NCBI GenBank assembly: GCA_045124495.1
Contig: JBGVLX010000051.1
Location: forward strand, 5,502 to 69,501
Reading direction: 5' to 3'
Origin: Lachnospiraceae bacterium
Lineage (GTDB): Bacteria; Bacillota; Clostridia; Lachnospirales; Lachnospiraceae
DNA length: 64,000 nucleotides
Position numbers and translations under genes: made by a program. How positions within the stretch are numbered: position 1 is the stretch's first letter; the number at the start of each line of letters is the position of its first letter. The notes under the pieces are model-generated. The model saw only the letters and a list, made by a program, of their open reading frames with translations, was not told where the DNA came from and made no database searches. Shown here piece by piece: positions 47,957 through 56,458 of the stretch.

Positions 47957-49936
47957 TTAGATATAAAAGGCTTTTTTTTCAAACTCTTGAACCGGCATTG
48001 GTTTTGCAAAGTAATAGCCCTGAATCAAATCGCAACCCTGCTCTGCCAGAAAATCCACCTGTTCTTTTGTTTCAATTCCTTCTGCTACGATTTTCATATC
48101 CAGTCTCTTTGCCAGACAAATCGCTTCGTTTACGATGATTTTTCCTTTTTCTGTATCCTCTATTCCACGGAAAAATTCTGCATCCAGTTTAATTACATCT
48201 AGTGGAAGTTCTTTTAAGGAATTCAAAGAAGAGTAACCCGCACCAAAATCATCCATAGAAACAGCAAATCCGTATTCTCTTAGCTTTCGCACCGTTTCCA
48301 ACAGTACCTCTTTATCTTCAAAAAATGCACTTTCTGTCAGTTCCAATTCAATGACTTCATGTGGCACCTGGTAAGCATCCACCAGACCACAGATATGTTC
48401 TGCCAAATCCTCTTTGGTAAAATGAGCCCTGGATACATTGACAGAAATAGGAACTACCTCTTTTCCTTCTTTTATCCATTCGGACTGTTGCCTTGCTACT
48501 TCGGAAATCATATAATCGTCTAATTTTAAAATAAAACCATTCTTTTCAAAAATAGGAATAAATCGATTCGGTGGTATAAATCCCTCCTCAGGACTAATCC
48601 AGCGAACCAAAGCTTCAGCTCCTGATAACTTACTTTCTTTCGTTGAATATTTGGGTTGAAGATATACTTGAAATTCTTTCTTTTCCAAAGCTGTTTCCAT
48701 GGTATCTTCCACTTTTCTTTCCCATAACTGCTGTTTTTGCAATTCCTGACTATACCATCCAATCCATTCCTTACCCTCCTGATATAAAGCAGTGGTTGTA
48801 ATGTAGGCATTATTAAACATGGCATCCATATCGATTTTACCATTATTTACTTCATAAATTCCTGCAAAAAAATCAAGTCTTTGTCCCTGTCTCACTGTTC
48901 CAATATCAGTTATGATACTGCCAAGTCTTTGCTCTAATTCTTCCTTAGAATCATAACGTAATAACAACGCATAATCTGCCCTGGCATAATGAACTGCGCC
49001 TTCGTTTTTACCGATTCTTTGTTGTAATTCCTGATAAAGAAATTCTAGTAACTCTGTTCCCTCTTTCACACCATAACAGGTACAAAAACTCTGATAATTC
49101 CTCATTCTGATATGTATCAGGGCATATTTTTCTTTCTTCCTAATACTTCGCCGAATGAATTTTTCTCCTTTTGCCTTCAAATACGTCCAATTTCTTCCCC
49201 CAGTAACAGGATCCAGGTATAAAAGCTGGGTCAGTCTTCTTTGATCCCGTACCAAACCTATGGTATAAACAATATAATATATTGCAAATCCGAATACCAA
49301 CAAAATTAAAACTATTGCAAACAAACCAATACTTGTTGCTTCCGATTCTTTCACTGCAATTTCACTTTTTACAAAAATACTCTGCCCATTTTCATCCACA
49401 GGAGCGGAAATCCAGAAACTTAGATAAAATAAAGTCTTATCCACACCATATACTTTATCATCCTGTGACAGAAACGTATCATTAATTTTCGTAGTATTAA
49501 ATTTTATTTCTCCATTTTCCGCATATAAAGTATTATCACTTTCTTCCAATAAGTAAATGGTATAATCCGTAATCCCGGTTAATTCTAACTTATTATTCAT
49601 TTCCGGTTCCAAAAGACCCGATTTCATAAGATTTTCTTGTTCTTCATTCTGTATGCAGACTTCCTGCACATTCGGCAATGTCCTTTGTAATTGTGTGACA
49701 AGTTTTTTAAGTTCCTCACTACTTTCCACATTTTCTTCATTTATGATTTCTGCTACTCTTTGGACATCCTCTATGGCTGATTCCAGTTTATTCTTCGCCA
49801 CATTCCCTATAGCAAAACCAAACATCAAAACAACTATCACGACAATAGCTAAAATAAATAAAAACAATGTCAACATGGAGGGCCAGATACGTTTTCTATG
49901 TAATCTTCTGATTTTCTTTTCTTTTTGTCTACTCAT
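47957..49936 (-). CDS. Membrane-anchored c-di-GMP phosphodiesterase (degenerate GGDEF + EAL)
   Basis: 659 aa. Two TM segments flank an extracytoplasmic domain. The GGDEF-domain start is DPVTGGRNW, but the active-site position reads RADYA. The EAL domain looks intact (EALVRW, ELTES, DDFGAGYSS, KLD, EGIET, QGY). Confidence 0.85.
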   Translation of the reverse strand: MSRQKEKKIRRLHRKRIWPSMLTLFLFILAIVVIVVLMFGFAIGNVAKNKLESAIEDVQRVAEIINEENVESSEELKKLVTQLQRTLPNVQEVCIQNEEQENLMKSGLLEPEMNNKLELTGITDYTIYLLEESDNTLYAENGEIKFNTTKINDTFLSQDDKVYGVDKTLFYLSFWISAPVDENGQSIFVKSEIAVKESEATSIGLFAIVLILLVFGFAIYYIVYTIGLVRDQRRLTQLLYLDPVTGGRNWTYLKAKGEKFIRRSIRKKEKYALIHIRMRNYQSFCTCYGVKEGTELLEFLYQELQQRIGKNEGAVHYARADYALLLRYDSKEELEQRLGSIITDIGTVRQGQRLDFFAGIYEVNNGKIDMDAMFNNAYITTTALYQEGKEWIGWYSQELQKQQLWERKVEDTMETALEKKEFQVYLQPKYSTKESKLSGAEALVRWISPEEGFIPPNRFIPIFEKNGFILKLDDYMISEVARQQSEWIKEGKEVVPISVNVSRAHFTKEDLAEHICGLVDAYQVPHEVIELELTESAFFEDKEVLLETVRKLREYGFAVSMDDFGAGYSSLNSLKELPLDVIKLDAEFFRGIEDTEKGKIIVNEAICLAKRLDMKIVAEGIETKEQVDFLAEQGCDLIQGYYFAKPMPVQEFEKKAFYI

Positions 49937-49972
49937 AGATTCTTAATTACAGTAATTTTTTTAGGAATTTTC

Positions 49973-52642
49973 CTATTTTTCTGCAATTTTCTCCTCTCTT
50001 ATTTTTTTCTCATGCAATTCATACATGTATTCCGTAGCAAACTGAATTTTGGTAGCATTGAACCCTTCTTCCATAGGAAACAGGAAAAAGCTGTCATCCA
50101 ATGTGGATAAAGTAATACATTGTCCCTTATTCCGATAGTTATATTCTGTATGCACAGAATAACATTGTGCAGGAGTCCAAATCAAAGTTTCTTCTTTTCC
50201 TGTCAAATAATTTCGAAACGACAATTGGTATCCTTCTAAATCATGAATCAGGTGACCTTCCCCACAAAAGATAAAGTTTTTTGCATTTGGAAGTGCATAC
50301 ACTTCAACTTTACAATCCAAAGAATAAGTATGACCATCAATTTCTGCTTTTACCTGTTTTCTCTGCCACTCGTACCAATCCGGAATATAACGTTCCTCCT
50401 GCTCCCTTCGCAAGGTTCCGTATTCATCCATTTCATATTCTACTCCACAATTCTGGCAGAATAGCTTGTTGTCCTTGGTATTCATTTGAAATTCCACTTT
50501 ACAACATCTGCATTGATATAAAGGGAGATGTAATCCTTCTGCCCGTTTTTTATATGTAATGGCCATTTTTTGCTCCCGTTGCCATGCATACTCATCATAG
50601 GAAAGTAATTCACTTAGCTTTTCATAAATCTCCGAAACAGACAATTCACTAACTTCCTGTTTTGTCAATGCATAGGTCATTTCCGTATGCAGACGTGCCT
50701 CTTTTCGTTTCGTCAGATTCCAAATAGGGGATTGTAAGTAATTTCCTTTCATATTTAATGTGACCACCGGAACCTTTAACATCTTCACCAATTTCGCCAC
50801 AGAAACAGGGAGTTTCGAACTAGTTCCAACATTGGCATATCTTGCTTCCGGATAAAATACCAGAATTCCCTTTCGTTCCATCACATTTTTTATATTTTTG
50901 ACCAAAGATAAATCATCTACAAATTTTCTCGTTCCCAGACACCCTATCTGGCGATATAACCATTCACCATAGTATTCAAAACCTTCTAATTCTGAGACAT
51001 AATTTGCCCGGTGGGGAAATAAAGCCAATGGAGAAACATAAAAATCCGTAAAAGAATGATGGGTTCCTAAAACCAGAAATGGTGGTTTTATTCCTCTTTT
51101 TTCTGATTTTACAATTTTTAATCCTGCCTTCCATGTAACTAAATAACAGCCAAGCCAGATAAAAGGCATAGCAAACAAATTCTGTCTAGGAGGTATTTTT
51201 ACTCTGTCAAAGGGTTTTATTACCGGGTTTAAATCAGTATCTTTCCTAACATAACGGCGAACCCATGGCAACTGGCATACCAGATAATATAAGATTCCGG
51301 TTCCAATGAAAGAACACCCGGTAGGCGTTAAAGTAAACAAAAATGTATTATGTATTTCACCCGTTACCGGATTATAAATCGCAAGGGAAATAAAACATCC
51401 TATCACCAGGCACAAAAGACCAACAATGTTAAACCCTTTCGTATATTGATACGCATTATGCCCCTCTATTTCATAGGCACTTTTTAAATCGATTCTCTGC
51501 TTTCTTATGAAGAAAAAGTCTGTAAACAATAAAGCCGCCAAAGGTGCATACACACAGGCGCTAATGGTTAAAAAGGAACCAAAATATTCTACAATCTTCC
51601 CCCAAACACAAAGTCCTCCTACATATATCCCTAGAATCATGACCAAAATACGGTAATCCGCTTTTCGGAAACTGGATTTTAGCATAACTCCATAAAGATA
51701 AGAACCTACCGCCTGGGTTCCGATATTAGCAAACGCCACCAATAACAAAGAGGTTAATCCAAGAGCCGGCACAGACAATGTGGCCATCATCAAAGTAGGA
51801 TCATCCACCATTTCCCCGGTCACATATTGCATGGCAATAGCCATAACTGCACCAACAACCACAAAGAAAGAACCAGCCAGTCCCTGTCCTAACACTCCAG
51901 CATAGTAACCTGACTTTTCACTTTTACAAAGTCGTGGAATCTCTGCCATGCCTCCCACCAAGGTAATAACAAAAGCAAAATTCGCCTCAATAGACAGAAT
52001 ATATGGTGTAATATTATGATCAAAGTCAGTGTTTTGTGGTTTATAGTTCCATATTACCTCTGCTGGTACAGCAGAAAACCCTACAATCACCACAACTATC
52101 CCCACCAGTAACAACAATGGAACCAAAATTCTGGTAGTCCATGTAATAGTGGAAACACCACGATATGCAATAAAAGTACCAACCATAACACAAAGAAGTC
52201 CTAACATAAGATGACTTCCCTCAGGCAGGGTAATTCCAAACAATCCAAACAAATTCTCCATGGATGAGGCAAATAAGTCACAGCACACTGCATACCAGGG
52301 ATAATTAATAAGGATAATTACTACTGTCATTACCTTAACACCTTTTTTTCCGAATACACTTCGCAGCCATACCCAGATATCAATTCCATATCTTGTAGAC
52401 AAAATGACAGGCAGCTGATAAATCATTAACATCAGAATTGCTCCTAAAAAAGCTCCGATTAACAATTGCTTAAATCCAACCAGACTTGCCAGATAAGACC
52501 CCTGGGTATAACTCCAGGTTGCAATGCAATAGCCGGATAATACCAATAAAGCATCCAAAAAACCATAAGTACGTTCTTTTCCAAGAACGGGCCAGATTCC
52601 GCAATAGACTTCATTTTTTATTTTTTCATTCGTATCTTTCAT
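49973..52642 (-). CDS. Fusion protein: 12-TM NCS1/APC-like permease + PlsC-type acyltransferase (HX4D) + zinc ribbon + C-terminal beta-rich domain
   Basis: Continuous ORF. The preferred start is ATG 52642 (MKDTNEK), downstream of GAGGG. The permease-like part spans about ORF residues 16-480. HHSFTD is at 51061-51044 and FYPEARY follows. CRCCK...CQNCG is at about 50512-50447. Confidence 0.7.
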   Translation of the reverse strand: MKDTNEKIKNEVYCGIWPVLGKERTYGFLDALLVLSGYCIATWSYTQGSYLASLVGFKQLLIGAFLGAILMLMIYQLPVILSTRYGIDIWVWLRSVFGKKGVKVMTVVIILINYPWYAVCCDLFASSMENLFGLFGITLPEGSHLMLGLLCVMVGTFIAYRGVSTITWTTRILVPLLLLVGIVVVIVGFSAVPAEVIWNYKPQNTDFDHNITPYILSIEANFAFVITLVGGMAEIPRLCKSEKSGYYAGVLGQGLAGSFFVVVGAVMAIAMQYVTGEMVDDPTLMMATLSVPALGLTSLLLVAFANIGTQAVGSYLYGVMLKSSFRKADYRILVMILGIYVGGLCVWGKIVEYFGSFLTISACVYAPLAALLFTDFFFIRKQRIDLKSAYEIEGHNAYQYTKGFNIVGLLCLVIGCFISLAIYNPVTGEIHNTFLFTLTPTGCSFIGTGILYYLVCQLPWVRRYVRKDTDLNPVIKPFDRVKIPPRQNLFAMPFIWLGCYLVTWKAGLKIVKSEKRGIKPPFLVLGTHHSFTDFYVSPLALFPHRANYVSELEGFEYYGEWLYRQIGCLGTRKFVDDLSLVKNIKNVMERKGILVFYPEARYANVGTSSKLPVSVAKLVKMLKVPVVTLNMKGNYLQSPIWNLTKRKEARLHTEMTYALTKQEVSELSVSEIYEKLSELLSYDEYAWQREQKMAITYKKRAEGLHLPLYQCRCCKVEFQMNTKDNKLFCQNCGVEYEMDEYGTLRREQEERYIPDWYEWQRKQVKAEIDGHTYSLDCKVEVYALPNAKNFIFCGEGHLIHDLEGYQLSFRNYLTGKEETLIWTPAQCYSVHTEYNYRNKGQCITLSTLDDSFFLFPMEEGFNATKIQFATEYMYELHEKKIREEKIAEK

Positions 52643-52658
52643 TTTTACCTTATCCCTC

Positions 52659-52817
52659 TTATAAAAAAGCTCCTGCGATGATTCCAATCAGACAACCAAG
52701 AACTATAACTCCCACTCCAATATAATCTTTCCTTCCCATTCGCTTTATCTCTGGTATTCCATTTTCCACCTGAGCTATGCGAAGTTCAATTTCTTTTTCA
52801 AATTCCTTTTCTGTCAT
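52659..52817 (-). CDS. Small membrane protein (52 aa)
   Basis: Below the ORF-track cutoff. The ATG 52817 is preceded by GAGGGAGAAGGGG. Sequence MTEKEFEKEIELRIAQVENGIPEIKRMGRKDYIGVGVIVLGCLIGIIAGAFL* has an amphipathic N-terminus and one C-terminal TM. The stop lies 16 nt before the fusion gene ATG. Confidence 0.5.
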   Translation of the reverse strand: MTEKEFEKEIELRIAQVENGIPEIKRMGRKDYIGVGVIVLGCLIGIIAGAFL

Positions 52818-52980
52818 ACTTTTCCCCTTCTCCCTCATTTATACCGCTGATTTCCATTTCAAATACAGATATAATTTTACAAATTATGATTATTGTAGTA
52901 ACGCAAGTGTCAAAAGTGAATTTTTCGTTATCGTTCATGGAAACCGCATCAATTTTACCTCTCATTGTTATCATGAATTG

Positions 52981-53295
52981 CTACGATGTCTGAACCAAAT
53001 CCAGTATTTCCTGTTTCGAAACTGCTCCTACGGATCGATTCACTTCTACTCCATCTTTCATTACGATTAAAGTAGGAATATTAGCTACATGAAATTCCTG
53101 AGCAAGTCCTCGTTCCTCATCTACATTTATTTTTCCTACCACAAATTCTTCTTGTTCCTGTCCGATGTTTTCAAGCACCGGTGCTATCATACGGCATGGT
53201 GGACACCACTCAGCCCAAAAGTCCAGTAAAACTGGTTTTGAATTTTCAATTACCTCTGTTTCAAAATTTTCCTTTGTTATTTTTAAAACTGACAT
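52981..53295 (-). CDS. trxA: Thioredoxin
   Basis: 104 aa. The active site reads WCPPC (canonical WCGPC) in DFWAEWCPPCRMIAP. Confidence 0.9.
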   Translation of the reverse strand: MSVLKITKENFETEVIENSKPVLLDFWAEWCPPCRMIAPVLENIGQEQEEFVVGKINVDEERGLAQEFHVANIPTLIVMKDGVEVNRSVGAVSKQEILDLVQTS

Positions 53296-53316
53296 TTTTT
53301 TCTCCTTCTTTCCACT

Positions 53317-53366
53317 TTTATTAATTAGGTGACTGCGAAACTATAATATTTTTTGTGAAAGTGATT
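53317..53366. repeat. Family B element copy just upstream of trxA
   Basis: AGGTGACTGCGAAACTATAATATTTTTTGTGAAAGTGATTCAAAAGTAAC aligns at roughly three quarters of positions with 59279-59328 (AGGTAATTACGGAACTACTATCTTTAATTTGAAAATGATTCAAAAGAATC). Confidence 0.7.
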
Positions 53367-53408
53367 CAAAAGTAACAAAACAATGCAGGCACGCTTTCGC
53401 TGCGTCTT

Positions 53409-53714
53409 CTATTTGACTTCAAAATCCAGACAAGAGCGGGATTTTGTATACGTTCTTACCTTGGTATCTGCGACTTCCACATGAGCCGGATGAACCGCAT
53501 ATCCTTTCAATGCTTCTTCATTTTCAAAAGTAGAATCCAGCATCAAATCTGCATTAGAAGACGCTAAAGAATCTGTTTGAACATAAATTTCCAGTAAGCC
53601 GGGAATTTTTCCTTGTAATCCTTCCAATCCTTCTTTGATACCACATTTTATCTTTTCTTTTTCCTCATTTGAAAATTCATCCTTTAACTGCCACAAAATA
53701 ATATGCTTAACCAT
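53409..53714 (-). CDS. Dabb (stress-responsive alpha/beta barrel) family protein
   Basis: About 101 aa. MVKHIILWQLKDE and the C-terminal HPAHVEV are typical Dabb blocks. ATG 53714 has better SD spacing than 53720. Confidence 0.8.
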   Translation of the reverse strand: MVKHIILWQLKDEFSNEEKEKIKCGIKEGLEGLQGKIPGLLEIYVQTDSLASSNADLMLDSTFENEEALKGYAVHPAHVEVADTKVRTYTKSRSCLDFEVK

Positions 53715-53779
53715 TATCATTTCTCCTTTTCTATCATTTTAAACCTTAACAACTTAAATTTTACCCTAACTATTATACC

Positions 53780-53881
53780 AAAAAAACATTTAAAATACCA
53801 CTTTTCTTTTCTTTAAAAAAACATTTAAAATAACACTTTTCTTTTCTCTAAAAAAAAATTTAAAATACCACTTTTCTTTTT
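53780..53881. repeat. Tandem repeat, about 35 bp x 3 (A7-CATTTAAAATACCACTTTTCTTTTCTTT)
   Basis: Units at 53780-53814, 53815-53849 and 53850-53881, lying 60-165 nt upstream of the Dabb gene start. Confidence 0.85.
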
Positions 53882-53892
53882 AAAAAAACAAA

Positions 53893-53959
53893 AAAACGAA
53901 TGACAACTATCTGTTACTATTCACCAGAATGGTAACAACTAGTTCATGTCATTCGTTTT
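53893..53959 (-). terminator. Long composite terminator hairpin after the HAD hydrolase gene
   Basis: Outer stem AAAACGAATGACA/TGTCATTCGTTTT. Inner stem GTTACTATTC/GAATGGTAAC (family A-like core). Followed by T7-G-T7 in the minus sense. Confidence 0.75.
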
Positions 53960-54003
53960 CCAAACTAATATTCTTTTTTACATTCTTCGCAAATTCTATA
54001 AAT

Positions 54004-54648
54004 CTATAAAATAACACTAGAAATTTCTGACACGGTATTTACAATATGGGTTGCACCTGCCTTTTTTAATTCTTCATAATTTCCATAGCCAAACAGTACT
54101 CCAATGGAATCAATTCCCACTTCTTTTGCTCCCAAAATATCATGTTCCCGGTCACCAACCATCACCGTTTTAGACAAATCCTCAATGCCTGCTTTTTCCA
54201 AGGCATAAGAAATCACATCTGCTTTTTTACTTCTTACTCCATCCATACTGGCACCACCAATGAAGTCGAAATACTGTTCCAACTGAAAATGCTCCAAAAT
54301 CCGGATTGCAAATTCTTCCGGTTTTGAAGTTGCTAAAATCAGCTTACAACCGGAAGTTTTCAGAGTTTCTAATAACTCTTTGATTCCTTCATATACTTCA
54401 TTTTCAAATAAACCTTTTTCCCGGAAATATTCCCTGTAATATTCCACAGACTGCTTTGCCTTTTCTTGTGAAAATCCAAAAAAACGTTCAAAGGATTCCT
54501 GAAGGGGTGGTCCGATAAATCGATACAATTCACTTCGGTCTCCCACTTCAATCTCCCATTTTTTCAAAGCATACATCACAGAATTCGTAATTCCCAGTCC
54601 CGGATCCGTCAAGGTACCATCTAAATCGAAAAGTACTACCTGATACAT
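54004..54648 (-). CDS. HAD-superfamily hydrolase (phosphoglycolate phosphatase-like, subfamily IA)
   Basis: 214 aa. Motif I is FDLDGTLTD, motif II ATSK and motif IV GDREHD. Confidence 0.85.
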   Translation of the reverse strand: MYQVVLFDLDGTLTDPGLGITNSVMYALKKWEIEVGDRSELYRFIGPPLQESFERFFGFSQEKAKQSVEYYREYFREKGLFENEVYEGIKELLETLKTSGCKLILATSKPEEFAIRILEHFQLEQYFDFIGGASMDGVRSKKADVISYALEKAGIEDLSKTVMVGDREHDILGAKEVGIDSIGVLFGYGNYEELKKAGATHIVNTVSEISSVIL

Positions 54649-54710
54649 TTTTTCCTCCTTCGTTTCAGAGCCGTTATCGTTACTTTTCCCACATTAATAA
54701 CCCGGTACAG

Positions 54711-56447
54711 CTACCCCACCTGCTCTGAAGTTACAGTTTCATTTATGTTAAAATCCTGAATTTCCAATTCTAACATCTTTGCGGTTTCTCTTAAATTTCC
54801 TGCCGCTTCCTCTACACCGCCAAAACGATTTGCCATCTCCGTAATCAAAGAATTGGTTTCCTGAGTACTGGCAACATTATCCCCAGCAACATCAGATAAG
54901 GAATGAATCACTGTTTCAATGCTAATTCTTAATTCCTCTAATTCTCTTGCATTTCTTTCAATTCCCTTAATTCCGGTAATGGAAGACTGGATTTCTGTCA
55001 TCACCTGATTTACAATTTCTTCTGTATGAAGAATGTAATGATTTTGAGAACAAATTACCTCTTCCATGTTCGTCATGGTATTTACTGCCAGTTCTGAATT
55101 ATAAATCAAAGCATTTACAATATCATCAATCTTCTTACTTGCGCTATCTGATTGCTCCGCAAGTTTTTGTATCTGGGTTGCCACAACAGCAAATCCTTTT
55201 CCTGCCTCTCCGGCTCTGGCAGCTTCAATGCTTGCATTTAAAGACAACAATGCAGTTTCTGAAGCAATTTCTGAAATAAAGTCAGATGCCTGCTTAATTT
55301 TTTGTGCAGATTCATTGGTTTCCACAGTTTGTCCAGCAATGGTTTTTACTGCATTTTGGACTTCCTTGCTAATGGATTTTAATTCCATAATAGATTTAAA
55401 TGCATTATCTCCGGATTCTTTCATAACGTCCGCACTTCCATTTAATTCCTTTGTATCTTTTCCTGTGGCAATGATTAAAGCACCCATACGATTCATGTTA
55501 TCAAAAGCCTCTCCAGTATCCTCTGCCTGTTTCAAAGCCCCATTGGTGATTACCTCTACTGCATCCCTGGCATGATTCATATTTATCAAAGTATCACGAG
55601 ACAGGCTTTCCATTTCATCGGAAGCTTTTAATAACTGATTCGTACTACTGCTGATTCCTCCAATGATTTTTCTAAGTTCTTCCTGAAGTACTTTTATTGC
55701 CCGTGTCAAATCTCCCACTTCGTCTTTTCTTTTTAAATCTTTCTTATCAAAAACCACATTCAATTCACCGGAAGACACTGACTGTACCCCGGATATGCTC
55801 CTCTTTAAAGATTTTGTTATGGATTTTGCCATAAACCCTACACCAAAAACACAGATCAAAGAAGTAATAATTACAACTCCTATAATAAGGAAAAGTACAT
55901 TCTTTACACTACGATATGCTTCCTCTTTGTTAATTCCTGCAAAAACCATACCAATTGGCTTATCACTTCCTCCTGTCTGATAAACCGGAACATAATAACC
56001 ACAAAATGTAGTTCCATCTATGGAAACGTTTTCACTAAAATACTCCTTGCCACCTTCTAATACAATTTCAACAATTTTATCCCCTGCAGGACTTCCTAAA
56101 ATTCTTTGTCCATTAGCATCTATCGCAGAGGTCATAACTCTCCTTGAACCATAAAAAAAGGTAACTTCCACTCCGGATTCTTCTTTTATAGTATCAACCA
56201 GTTTCTCCGATTGTGATATATTATATGCACCTTTCCAGATATCTCCGTTACTTGTTTCCATGTACTCTCCGGTATTCTGATCATAAGCCGCAAGAGTGGC
56301 CACAGCGGATCCCTTCAAAGACTGTTCCACCTGGCTGACAATAGAATTTTTTATGTAAGTCTCTGCCAATATCATGATGATTACGCTTAATGTAAGCATA
56401 GGAACTAAGGATGCCATCAAAATCTTCTTCATAAAATTCATATTCAT
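54711..56447 (-). CDS. Methyl-accepting chemotaxis protein (single-Cache type sensor)
   Basis: 578 aa. Two TM segments, a Cache-like periplasmic domain, a HAMP domain, and [27 protein letters not shown]. Confidence 0.9.
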   Translation of the reverse strand: MNMNFMKKILMASLVPMLTLSVIIMILAETYIKNSIVSQVEQSLKGSAVATLAAYDQNTGEYMETSNGDIWKGAYNISQSEKLVDTIKEESGVEVTFFYGSRRVMTSAIDANGQRILGSPAGDKIVEIVLEGGKEYFSENVSIDGTTFCGYYVPVYQTGGSDKPIGMVFAGINKEEAYRSVKNVLFLIIGVVIITSLICVFGVGFMAKSITKSLKRSISGVQSVSSGELNVVFDKKDLKRKDEVGDLTRAIKVLQEELRKIIGGISSSTNQLLKASDEMESLSRDTLINMNHARDAVEVITNGALKQAEDTGEAFDNMNRMGALIIATGKDTKELNGSADVMKESGDNAFKSIMELKSISKEVQNAVKTIAGQTVETNESAQKIKQASDFISEIASETALLSLNASIEAARAGEAGKGFAVVATQIQKLAEQSDSASKKIDDIVNALIYNSELAVNTMTNMEEVICSQNHYILHTEEIVNQVMTEIQSSITGIKGIERNARELEELRISIETVIHSLSDVAGDNVASTQETNSLITEMANRFGGVEEAAGNLRETAKMLELEIQDFNINETVTSEQVG

Positions 56448-56458
56448 ATGCCGCCCTC

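Noticed and set aside
52643-52687. Upstream extension of the fusion ORF (MESSQELFYKRDKVK)
   Set aside because: It overlaps the 3' end of the 52-aa gene in another frame and has no SD. ATG 52642 downstream of GAGGG is the more likely start.
49973-52687. Permease-acyltransferase fusion as two genes joined by a frameshift or assembly error
   Set aside because: The frame is open throughout, with no stop or internal SD-ATG at the junction near 51200-51250. The linker region looks like normal coding sequence. Sequencing error cannot be excluded without reads, so it is kept as a finding with that caveat.
53780-53881. Possible CRISPR array (also considered for 5618-5701 and 59194-59300)
   Set aside because: The repeat units abut each other with no unique spacers. 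The units are A/T-rich and non-palindromic, and no cas genes are nearby. These are tandem repeats, not CRISPRs.
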